A stretch of DNA of 64,000 bases from an uncultured Verrucomicrobiae bacterium. GTDB lineage: Bacteria; Verrucomicrobiota; Verrucomicrobiia; Limisphaerales; Palsa-1400. Under the pieces are notes generated by a model. It had not been told where the DNA came from, searched no databases, and saw nothing but the letters and a program-made list of their open reading frames with translations. The position numbers and the translations under genes are program-made. The stretch spans positions 139,060-203,059 of the forward strand of contig CAVXRD010000003.1 of NCBI GenBank assembly GCA_963764165.1, written 5' to 3'. Below, piece by piece: positions 18,951 through 27,465 of this stretch (position 1 is its first letter; each line of letters begins with the position of its first letter).

Positions 18951-20162
18951 CTATTGCGCGAGAATGGCATCCATGTTTCGGTAGATGTCGCGGCAGAGGG
19001 AGACGTGGGAGCCGGCGGCGGCGCCGGGCGGGTTCAAATTGTGTTTTTTGTAAAGGCGCGCGAATTCTCGCCGGGCTTGGCGGTAGTATTCGCGGCCGGG
19101 CGGTTTTGAATCGGCAGTCACCGAACCCGGCGTGGGCATCCACACGGAAAAGGCGGGAACGATGCCACGGTTCGCCAGCCATTCGGCTCCGGCAATCATG
19201 TCGTCGAGCGGTTCCAAACCGGCGACGAGGCCGCTGAAAGCCTTGTTCGGGCCGAATTTTTCCGCGATGTGCTCAAGGGCGCGCAATTGACCGGCGCGGG
19301 TGATGTGCCGCGCATGGCCGGGCGCGATGCGCGCGTGCAATTCGGGGTTCCACACATGCAAATCATGCGCCACGCGGTCGGCGCCCGCTTCAAAAAGTTG
19401 GTCGACGTCGGAAGGATTTTTTGGCGCGGTGATGTAACAATAAATTTCGGATTTGATTTTCTCCAGGCCGACCAATCGATCAATCGTCCGCAGCAATTCC
19501 GCATAGCGCTGGCATTCTGTCTGGCTGCCGAAAAGTGTTCCAGCAGTCAGTTGGACTTCTTGAACGCCCGCATTTTCGATGGCCCAACCGATGATCTCCG
19601 CAACCTCCGCATTGGAAGGGCTCGGAAGATTGTAACCCGCCATTTCAGCTTTCACCTGGAAACAGAACGAGCATGTCTCACGCGTTTTCACGTAATCGCA
19701 CGACCACAGATAAAAGAACGCGAGCGTCGAGCGGCCTTCCAGGACGGCAACGGAACCGAACGAATGGCCGCCAGATGTCTTCTGTTGATAATAGGCGCTC
19801 GACGCCGGGAAGGTAACCTCTGCCACCGGCATCGCGTCCTCGAACAAAACGGGCTTCCCGTCTTGCAGACCAAGCGCGAACGGCGAATTCTCTTCGGCGT
19901 GCAAATGGACGGCCACTTCTCCGGGAAGAATCATGCAGTTGCAGGCGTAGGGATTGCTCGGCGGCTCCAATCGCGCCCAATCGGCCACCGCCTCGTAAAC
20001 CTCCTGCGGATATCGAACACCTGCGCCGATCAACGCGCATTTAAGATCGAGCGAGTTCAGCGCGTCCGTCGCGGCGGGTGAATTATTCGTGCATGTCGTT
20101 GAGGCGATCATTGTCAAAGCCAGAGAACGTATACCCGATTCCCGCGCCAAAGCCAAAGCCAT
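18951..20162 (-). CDS. Radical SAM protein with a CX8CX2C motif; start uncertain (possibly 20111)
   Basis: WSCDYVKTRETCSFC; EVQLTAG; downstream TIM-barrel motifs (GLVAGLEP..GAEWLA..GIVP). Confidence 0.8.
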   Translation of the reverse strand: MALALARESGIRSLALTMIASTTCTNNSPAATDALNSLDLKCALIGAGVRYPQEVYEAVADWARLEPPSNPYACNCMILPGEVAVHLHAEENSPFALGLQDGKPVLFEDAMPVAEVTFPASSAYYQQKTSGGHSFGSVAVLEGRSTLAFFYLWSCDYVKTRETCSFCFQVKAEMAGYNLPSPSNAEVAEIIGWAIENAGVQEVQLTAGTLFGSQTECQRYAELLRTIDRLVGLEKIKSEIYCYITAPKNPSDVDQLFEAGADRVAHDLHVWNPELHARIAPGHARHITRAGQLRALEHIAEKFGPNKAFSGLVAGLEPLDDMIAGAEWLANRGIVPAFSVWMPTPGSVTADSKPPGREYYRQARREFARLYKKHNLNPPGAAAGSHVSLCRDIYRNMDAILAQ

Positions 20163-20706
20163 ACAGCAAACCCCATGCTAATTTCGCCAGGAGTCCGGCC
20201 TGTTCCTTGGTTAATCCGCCGGCCGTTGCGCCGTGGCTGCTTATCAACGCCATTGCCTTGCCGCCCAGAAAGTATCCCGCCGAGTGCGCGATAAACACCA
20301 CTGCGCACGTTCGCAGAAAATTGCCACCACCCAGACGCCAGCGCGCCAGCGCCACAAAAGCAACGCTGCCCAGGAGCGAGGCGAGCCATTCACCCAAGCC
20401 AAAATGAAGAAGGAACCAGCTCCCGCTCCAAACAATCCCGTAAGCCAAAAACGCCGGGATAAAAACCGCGTAAAATCGCGCCAATCGATTCGCGCCGCGA
20501 AGGAGGGGATGCAGGAGCAGTCCGGACGACCCAAGAAACACAATCGCGCAGGCTGCGAATAATCCACCTTCGCCCAGACGCGCGTACAGCCATTTTCCAC
20601 CGATCGCCCACACCGCGAAGCCCAGGACGCTAACCAGCGCAAAACCGAACGCGCCGAGACCCATGGCGGCGGCTGTTCCTGGCTTTGTTTCGTTGGAAGA
20701 TTTCAT
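20083..20706 (-). CDS. Integral membrane protein, about 6 transmembrane helices
   Basis: Multiple hydrophobic Gly-rich helices; ATGA overlap with the MFS stop at 20703-20706. Confidence 0.7.
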   Translation of the reverse strand: MKSSNETKPGTAAAMGLGAFGFALVSVLGFAVWAIGGKWLYARLGEGGLFAACAIVFLGSSGLLLHPLLRGANRLARFYAVFIPAFLAYGIVWSGSWFLLHFGLGEWLASLLGSVAFVALARWRLGGGNFLRTCAVVFIAHSAGYFLGGKAMALISSHGATAGGLTKEQAGLLAKLAWGLLYGFGFGAGIGYTFSGFDNDRLNDMHE

Positions 20707-21959
20707 AATGCTTGAGGATGATTTTCGCTTTGCGCGGGAAGGGACACCCGCCACGCCATGAACGCCAACACCAAAACAACCGCCGCCAGAATCATTAGTA
20801 CCGGCGTATAGGAACCTGTCATCTCAGCGCATTTGGCAAACAGAAGCGGGCCGAGCGCCGAGGACACGACCGTCAACAATTGCGCCGCTCCTTGTATCCG
20901 GCCCAAATGAACAGGTCCAAACGCCTGCCCCCAGATGGAAAAGAAAACCACTGTGATGAATCCCGCGGCGCCGCCCACCAGCCCCGCGAAAATCCAAAGA
21001 TGAGTGGCAGTCATGATGAACGGCAGCATCAGCAAGGCAACCGTGTAGCTCAAAAGGCCAATGGCCATGAGAGTCTGAAAGGAACGTCGCAAGGCCAGCC
21101 AACCGCAGACAAGCTGGCCCGCAAGGGCAAACATCGTCGTGACGGCGAGGAAGTTGTGGTAAGCCTTCTGGTCAAACCCATGTTCGGCGAGAACGGCTTC
21201 GTTGAACAAACCAAGCCCCGAAGAAACCAGATTGAACATCGCCGCCGCCAAACCGAACGTCCAGAACGCTGGAGTCTTGAGCGCCTGCAAAAGGCTCAAG
21301 CTCGAAGCCGTGTCTGACCACTGCGTCTTTGCTTTCGCTCCCAATCGATCATTGCGAAGAAAAAGCAGTGAGGCGGGCGCAATTCCCAACGCAAGCGCGA
21401 ATGCAATTTGCCGCCACGCCGCTCGCCACCCGTGATCCGTCACGGCAGCGCCGACCACGACAAATCCCACCACGAAAAATGCGCTCAAGAGGAAGGAATA
21501 AATTCCCATCGCCAGCCCCATCCGTTTGCCGAACGCCCGTCCAGCCACCGTAATGCTTGCCACCGAAAGCGCGCTTTGCCCAAAGGCTCGTGTCAACAAC
21601 AGCAGCACAAAAAGCCCGGTCAATCCGCCCGTAAAAAGGCTCATTCGCCAAACCGTTCCCGCCAGCAGGAGGACAAGCGCGGTTGCCACCCATTTTGAGC
21701 CCAGCCTGTCCATGAGATGCCCGGCCGGAAAACAAAATGCCGCTCCCAGCAAAGTGGCCCAAAGATTGATCGCCGCGTAGCCGACGCGGTCAAGATGAAG
21801 GTCTTTCAGAAGCGGTTCGGTGATAAGCCCCAGCCCCTGCGTGCGCCCCGGGAGCGTCGCCACCATCAGCAGCGCAGCGATGGTGATGGAAATCCATCCC
21901 CAATTGAACACACCGCGCCCGTCCTTCGAGGCAATCGCAACACGCGAAGCCGATGTCAT
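20703..21959 (-). CDS. MFS transporter
   Basis: About 12 TM segments; motif A-like GHLMDRLGSK; WGQAFGPVHLGRIQG. Confidence 0.9.
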   Translation of the reverse strand: MTSASRVAIASKDGRGVFNWGWISITIAALLMVATLPGRTQGLGLITEPLLKDLHLDRVGYAAINLWATLLGAAFCFPAGHLMDRLGSKWVATALVLLLAGTVWRMSLFTGGLTGLFVLLLLTRAFGQSALSVASITVAGRAFGKRMGLAMGIYSFLLSAFFVVGFVVVGAAVTDHGWRAAWRQIAFALALGIAPASLLFLRNDRLGAKAKTQWSDTASSLSLLQALKTPAFWTFGLAAAMFNLVSSGLGLFNEAVLAEHGFDQKAYHNFLAVTTMFALAGQLVCGWLALRRSFQTLMAIGLLSYTVALLMLPFIMTATHLWIFAGLVGGAAGFITVVFFSIWGQAFGPVHLGRIQGAAQLLTVVSSALGPLLFAKCAEMTGSYTPVLMILAAVVLVLAFMAWRVSLPAQSENHPQAL

Positions 21960-22059
21960 AATCGACGCATTGCACTGTTATCACGGTTGGCCTTCCGCAT
22001 AGCCCCAAGTTTAGACAAATCGCCCTCGTGAAATCAATCACCGCCAATTCACTTTGAGT

Positions 22060-22110
22060 GGAGATACGGCTGTGTTCGAGGGAGCGAAGCGAGGAAGAAT
22101 CAGCCGCGGC
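22060..22110. repeat. Degenerate REP family A copy with an internal insertion
   Basis: CGGCTGTGTT..GAAGAATCAGCCGCGGC resembles 2366-2397 and 23980-24011. Confidence 0.5.
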
Positions 22111-22274
22111 GCGTCGCAATCCATCGGGGAGCTGATCGGTCAACGTGCTGCGACGCGTGAAGGCTGGCGTCCGTCATCCGCCTTTAACGGGCTATTAGCG
22201 GCGGACCTGAATTAACTGCGCGCGGTAGTTCAAGTATTTCAACCTCAGGGTAAAACCCTCAGCGGCGCCTCATT

Positions 22275-22484
22275 ACCGTCGCTTATCGGGTTGTCGAGGA
22301 TCGAACCTGCAATCAGGCGGGGAAAGAAACTATTCTTTACTGAGTCGGGCTGCTTACGGTGGGGCATCCCTCGTTTCGCAGGGAAGCTGCCGGGTTGCCC
22401 GAAGAGCCTCGGTGGGGAATTTTCACCGCCAAGGAGGGGGAGGTGGCTCACTGGAAATTGAGGCCTCGTCTCAAATCAGCCGGC
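22275..22484 (-). ncRNA. ssrS: 6S RNA-like structured RNA (candidate)
   Basis: Manual fold on the minus strand: closing stem GCCG-GCT-GATT/GATA-AGC-GA-CGGT and CGAGG/CCTCG; TGAGCC/GGTTCG pairing around a bubble; GGCGG/CCGCC; apical arm TCGGGC/GCCCGA and TCCCT/AGGGA; 3' CCCGCC-TGATTGCA-GGTTC. G.U pairs favour the minus strand. No Rfam search was run. Confidence 0.5.
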
Positions 22485-22565
22485 GCAAACATTGACAGGT
22501 TCATGTTGAACGGATCGCTGGCGAGGACGGGCAGGTGAACACCCACCACGCTCTCTTGACGAAAA

Positions 22566-23900
22566 ATGAATCGGAGGTCTGCAAAAATTATGAATTACGC
22601 AAAAATGAAACTCACCGCCCTGGCTTGCATCCTGAGCCTGGGAGCCAGCATTTGCACGAGCAATGCCTGGTACAATTACGGATATGTTCGCTGCGATGCC
22701 AATCAGAGCCATGTCTACGACGTGAGCGATCCGGGCGTGCAAAGCCTGCTCGTCGTCACGACAAACATCAGCGGCACTTATTCCAACGCAAACTGGACCG
22801 AAGCCTCCGGGTTTTTCATTGTTCAATGCAGTAATTCCGACACCTACGTCAGCTACATCCATCCGGCAACGCTCCCGCCCGGCACCACCGAAGTGCTGCC
22901 GCAAACGTGGACCTTTACGCTCACGGACACAAGCGATATGGCCAGCAACAATTTTCTGATCGAGAACGACGGCTGCGTGAGCGCGGTTGCCTGCGGCCCG
23001 ATGGAGACGAGCATCAATGCGGATATCGGCGGCGCGAGCATCGCGGAAGGCAACACCATCTGGCTTGATGCCATCGCCGATTTCAGCGGCGTCGATGTCA
23101 CCAACGGCACCATTGTTTCCTTCAAGAGCGCCACGATCACATCCGACCAAATTAACGTTGCCGTGCCTGACACCACGATCACGTTCTCCACCAACGCCAC
23201 CAATTCCACCGTATTTTACGACACGAACGCCAACGCTTGGAGCGTAACGGTTCCCGTCACGACCAAGAGGGACATTTTCTTCGGCGGAGTTCCGTTCCTG
23301 GCCACCAACAACATCCAGGTCGGCCGCAACGATGAGCTGACGTGGACGGGTTATTTTTACTCCTCAACCGAGGCTGTTTCCGCAAGCTGGAAATTCGGAG
23401 CCGCCATTTACAACACCGCTCGCTATTCCGACCTTTTTGCGAATTTGAATGAAGACGATATCCTTGCTGTTGCCGGGACCGGCCGCAATTCAGACGATGC
23501 GGGGACGCCCGAGGGAATCGTTGGCGGCGTGACAATTAAGAACACCACGGTCGGCGGGGGTGGATACTGTGGCGCAGGCCATGTGGCGGCGTTCTACACC
23601 ACCAACGCCATCACCGGCTGCGGCACTCCCACTCGGAACCCGGCGCCGACCCATTGCGCTCCTGGCTGGCACTGGGACACATTCCCCGGCGACGGCCGCT
23701 GCGGCATCTCGGGTGGGTTCACCAATTATCCCGGCGGGCTGACTAATACGATTTACGGTTGGTGCGGATACGGATGCGGCGAAAGTGGAGAAGGCGGTCA
23801 TGCCGGCCAGAGCGGGCAAGGCGGCCAATGTGGAAGCCAAGGCGGCTACGCCGGCCAAGCCGGGCAAGGAGGTTGCAACACTGGCGGTCGTGGCCGGTAA
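22566..23900 (+). CDS. Secreted protein with an SdrD-B/Cna-like N-terminal domain and a Gly/Cys/Gln-rich tail
   Basis: Signal peptide; YGYVRCDAN..DPGVQSLLV..TEASGFF; tail with GGHAGQSGQGG and GGYAGQAGQGG. Confidence 0.7.
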   Translation: MNRRSAKIMNYAKMKLTALACILSLGASICTSNAWYNYGYVRCDANQSHVYDVSDPGVQSLLVVTTNISGTYSNANWTEASGFFIVQCSNSDTYVSYIHPATLPPGTTEVLPQTWTFTLTDTSDMASNNFLIENDGCVSAVACGPMETSINADIGGASIAEGNTIWLDAIADFSGVDVTNGTIVSFKSATITSDQINVAVPDTTITFSTNATNSTVFYDTNANAWSVTVPVTTKRDIFFGGVPFLATNNIQVGRNDELTWTGYFYSSTEAVSASWKFGAAIYNTARYSDLFANLNEDDILAVAGTGRNSDDAGTPEGIVGGVTIKNTTVGGGGYCGAGHVAAFYTTNAITGCGTPTRNPAPTHCAPGWHWDTFPGDGRCGISGGFTNYPGGLTNTIYGWCGYGCGESGEGGHAGQSGQGGQCGSQGGYAGQAGQGGCNTGGRGR

Positions 23901-23924
23901 TTCACGCTGAACATTCATTCTCGC

Positions 23925-23955
23925 GGCGGAGCGCCTGACGGCCTCCGCCTTTTTT
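23925..23955 (+). terminator. Rho-independent terminator
   Basis: GGCGGAG-N11-CTCCGCC followed by TTTTTT, 25 nt after the stop codon. Confidence 0.8.
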
Positions 23956-23979
23956 GTTTTTCCTCCGTCATTTTGAGTG

Positions 23980-24011
23980 GCAGCGCGGCTGTGTAGAAGA
24001 CCAGCCGCAGC
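23980..24011. repeat. REP family A single copy
   Basis: GCAGCGCGGCTGTGTAGAAGACCAGCCGCAGC. Confidence 0.75.
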
Positions 24012-24284
24012 GCGTTGCGCCGACACGGGCGCCTCTCTTGGTCGAGATGCATTTGCGAACCACCCAGTTCCAATCACACGCGGCTTTCTCGCCGTCGTGT
24101 TTTGTTCTCCAAAACAAATCGATAATACGCGGGCATCGCGGCTGTGACCAAAGGCTGGCGGTTTCTCAATCGATGGCCGTCAACTCCGCGCTCATGTTTC
24201 TGCTGGGGATGCCGCGGCATGGCGATTGGCCTGCCGCGCTGCATCTGGCGGAATAGGTGGGAGTGGGCGAGAAAAATTGAATTG

Positions 24285-24366
24285 GCCACAGACGGACACA
24301 GATCAACACAGATCCAAAGCGGGCTGTTCATCAGAAAATCTGTGTAAATCTGTGTAAATCTGTGGC
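24285..24366. repeat. Inverted repeat built from ACACAGAT micro-repeats (family C)
   Basis: GCCACAGACGGACACAGATCAACACAGAT ... ATCTGTGTAAATCTGTGTAAATCTGTGGC. Confidence 0.8.
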
Positions 24367-24474
24367 TCAACGTTCCCTTTTTCGAATCAATGGGATTCCT
24401 CGCCGGCGCCGCGCGCAGAATATAATCCCGACTGGTTGAACCTTTTCTGGTTTTCGGCATTCCACTGATTGTAA

Positions 24475-25023
24475 ATGCTGGTGGTGGATGAAGACGAACA
24501 ACTGCCCGTTGCGGAGGCCAGGGCCGGAGAACCGGCAGCTTGGGAATCGCTTTTCCGCCGCTACCAACTGCCGGTTTACGTCTATGTTTTTGAGTTGGTC
24601 CATAATGAGCAGGCGAGCCTCGACATTGTGCAGGAATCGTTCGTCGCGGCCACGCGCCACATCGGGAACCTCCGCGAGGACGCCAAATTCGGAAGCTGGC
24701 TTTTTGGCATTGCGCATCAGAAATGCATTCAACGCTGGCGAAAGCAGGATAGAGAATCCGCTGCCTTGGAGGAAATTTCCGCGGAACCCGAACGTTTCGA
24801 GGATGACCCCGTCGAGTTGCTCATTCGCCGGGAACAGGAGGAGGAGTTTATGAAGTTGCTGAGTCAATTGTCGCCAGCGCAGCGAGCCGTTTTGCTGCTG
24901 CATTTTCTCGAAGGCTTTTCGGTGGGGGAAATCGCCCGCATTACCAATTCGACTCTCGGGACGGTGAAATCGCGCATGCACTACGCCAAAAAAGCGTTGA
25001 GAAAATTAATGGAGACCCCATGA
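24475..25023 (+). CDS. ECF sigma-70 factor
   Basis: AWESLFRRYQ, DIVQESF, KFGSWLFGIA, and region 4 LGTVKSRMHYAK. Confidence 0.92.
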   Translation: MLVVDEDEQLPVAEARAGEPAAWESLFRRYQLPVYVYVFELVHNEQASLDIVQESFVAATRHIGNLREDAKFGSWLFGIAHQKCIQRWRKQDRESAALEEISAEPERFEDDPVELLIRREQEEEFMKLLSQLSPAQRAVLLLHFLEGFSVGEIARITNSTLGTVKSRMHYAKKALRKLMETP

Positions 25024-25442
25024 AGACACCCCGCGATATTTTGTTCCTCCGGCATCGCTCAGCGGAATCCAAATTGGATGCGATTTCGCGCGGTGTCTTG
25101 AATCGGCTGCTTCCGGAAAAACCTTCGTCGCCACTCTTCTCGCTTATTTCGTTGCCGCGAGCTTTTTGGATGGAAGTGGTGTGGCCTGCGCGGCGAATTT
25201 GGATTGGGTTGGCGGCGGTGTGGATATTCATACTTGCCGCTGATCTTGATTTCCGCGCCGAGACGCCGCAACGAACCGCAGCCGTGGCATCGGATGGCGG
25301 GACGTTAGTTTTTGCCTATCGCGAAACGGAATTGTGGATGTCCGATTTCAGTGGAGGCCCGGCCCTGAAAAAGGAACAGCCATCGGAACCCGCTGCGCAG
25401 CCGCCGCGTTCCCAGCGCCGCTCCATTTTCGTCATCATTTAA
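25020..25442 (+). CDS. Putative single-TM anti-sigma factor
   Basis: ATGA overlap with the sigma stop; one hydrophobic helix (IWIGLAAVWIFILA). Confidence 0.6.
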   Translation: MKTPRDILFLRHRSAESKLDAISRGVLNRLLPEKPSSPLFSLISLPRAFWMEVVWPARRIWIGLAAVWIFILAADLDFRAETPQRTAAVASDGGTLVFAYRETELWMSDFSGGPALKKEQPSEPAAQPPRSQRRSIFVII

Positions 25443-25463
25443 CGTCAACAAGAGGATTGCAGC

Positions 25464-27233
25464 ATGGATGCAGCCAGCATACAGAAACCGCGCCCGCGTC
25501 GCCGGCTTGCTTGGCGGATTGTCCGGGTAACGGCAATCTCGGCGGCGTGTCTCGCGACGCTGATCGCGATGTTTTACACCGAGGAAAATTGGCGGGGCAA
25601 ACGCGCGTGGGACCAATTCAAAAAGGAATTGCTGGCCAAGGGCGAAATGATTGAGTGGTCGGCTTTGATTCCTCCCCCCGTTCCTGACGAAAAGAACTTC
25701 TTCAAAGCGCCCGGCATTGCCGAAACAGATTGGCAAGATCGTGGGGAACACGATTTGGCAAAGAGCTTCTCAAAGGTGCTTCTCCGCGGAGGCACAAATT
25801 CGCAGGTCTTGGGCGAAGCGGAGATCGTGTCACCTGGCCGACCGGATGCCGTTTCAATCGATGCGAGCATCGCGCCGTCCGAGGTTCGAAAGTGGCTCGC
25901 AAACGAACTGGGCAAAAGCACGGTTTCAGCATTGGGATTCTCTGTCATTGCGAAACATCTCGACCGTTCGGGCACAGCTCGAATCAGGCTGGCCGCGAGC
26001 AAACCGCTCACGGCGCTGGAGGTCGGGCGATTGTTTCACGACGCTCTCGCGCCGTTTCCCAAGCCTGGAAACTGGAGCGAGATTCTGGTGAAACCTGCCG
26101 CCACCAACGCGTTCACTCTTACGTTCAGCATCCCTCCTGTTTCGGCGGCGGAATGGCTGAAACAAAACGCTGTTCTCGATCCAGACATCGATTCGATTCG
26201 CGAAGCTCTTCAACGGCCATTCGCTCGGATGGCCGGTGATTATTCGGAACCTCTCCATGTGCCTATTCCCAATTTCATCACGCTGCGCACAGTGGCGCAG
26301 ACTCTCTCGGATCGCGCCAAATGCCATCTTCTTCTTGACGAACCGGATATGGCGCTGCGTGATTTGACGTTGCTGCATGAACTGGCAAGCATGCTTGAAG
26401 CCCGCCCGACCGGCCAGCCGACAACTCTTTTAGCCTCGATGATTGCAGTCGCCATCACCGGGCTTTACGTGGACACCATCGCGGATGGTTTTCGATTGGG
26501 ATGCTGGCAGGAGCCCCAATTCGCGCCCATGCAGCAACAGCTTTCACAGACTTACCTGATTCCGATCGTGACCCGATCATTCATGTGTGAACAGCTTTAT
26601 GAAACTTCAGGTTTTGAGAAAGGCACGCTCCCGGCGGAATCCAAAGGGCATCGCGATATATTCAAGGTGTGGCGAAACTGGTGGGAAATGATGCGAGACC
26701 CATCTTCTCGTTTTTTGGCGCTTTCGCCGCGCGGATGGATCTATCGGAACATGATTAATTTGTGGCAACTGCCGGCGAATTCGGAAGTTGGCGATGTTTC
26801 CAATGCCATCATCTATCCGCAAAGGGCCAGGGCGCGGAAAGACGCGCTCGCGTCAGAATCGCCACGGGCGCCGTATTCGTACCTGTGTGCGATTCTTATC
26901 CCAAACACGATAAAGGCATGGCAGAAAACGGCCCACCAACAAACCCGAGTCAACGAAGCTCTCATTGCCTGCGCGTTGGAGCGCTACCACATTGCCAACC
27001 ACAGCTACCCGGAAACGCTGGACGCATTGGTTCCCCGATTTGCGGAAAAATTGCCTCACGATCTTATCGGCGGCGGACCGTTGCACTATCGGAGAACCAA
27101 CAATGGGTCGTTCGTGCTCTACTCGATTGGGTGGAACGAAAAGGATGACGGCGGCAAAAGCGAACTGGACGGCGCCGGCAACGAATCCGAGGAGACAGGA
27201 GATTGGGTTTGGCGGGCCGTGCAAAATGAGTAG
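25464..27233 (+). CDS. Membrane-anchored hypothetical protein in the ECF operon
   Basis: N-terminal TM followed by FYTEENWRGKRAW; C-terminal ACALERY..YPETLDALVP..LPHD..GGPLHYRR..LYSIGWNEKDDGG. Confidence 0.75.
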   Translation: MDAASIQKPRPRRRLAWRIVRVTAISAACLATLIAMFYTEENWRGKRAWDQFKKELLAKGEMIEWSALIPPPVPDEKNFFKAPGIAETDWQDRGEHDLAKSFSKVLLRGGTNSQVLGEAEIVSPGRPDAVSIDASIAPSEVRKWLANELGKSTVSALGFSVIAKHLDRSGTARIRLAASKPLTALEVGRLFHDALAPFPKPGNWSEILVKPAATNAFTLTFSIPPVSAAEWLKQNAVLDPDIDSIREALQRPFARMAGDYSEPLHVPIPNFITLRTVAQTLSDRAKCHLLLDEPDMALRDLTLLHELASMLEARPTGQPTTLLASMIAVAITGLYVDTIADGFRLGCWQEPQFAPMQQQLSQTYLIPIVTRSFMCEQLYETSGFEKGTLPAESKGHRDIFKVWRNWWEMMRDPSSRFLALSPRGWIYRNMINLWQLPANSEVGDVSNAIIYPQRARARKDALASESPRAPYSYLCAILIPNTIKAWQKTAHQQTRVNEALIACALERYHIANHSYPETLDALVPRFAEKLPHDLIGGGPLHYRRTNNGSFVLYSIGWNEKDDGGKSELDGAGNESEETGDWVWRAVQNE

Positions 27234-27465
27234 AGCCCCAGGAATCGAAATTGCCACAGTTCAACCCACATGAAGAAAATTGTGGGTTTGCTGTTCAATC
27301 CTCCTGGCCTTCCCGGCAGACTTTCGCAAGGACCGTGAGCGCCGCACCGCCGGTAAAGCAGCGTGCCTGAGACTTGTTTCAGCAAGGCAGCGACGGACGC
27401 GAAGAAATTTGTCCAACGCCGCTCGCGCGCTTGTTTTCCGCGCCTGTTGGTTTCATAATGGACGG

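Noticed and set aside
22140-22484. tmRNA, RNase P, SRP RNA or a known riboswitch
   Set aside because: It lacks the tmRNA tRNA-like ends, RNase P GAGGAAAGTCC and SRP CAGG..GGAAG..AGCAG. The match to ykkC (AATAGCCCG) is only partial.
22431-22540. 32-codon ORF after an AAGGAGG motif (GTG at 22443)
   Set aside because: It is antisense to the 6S-like fold, has no recognisable protein features, and the purine run is explained by the RNA bubble.
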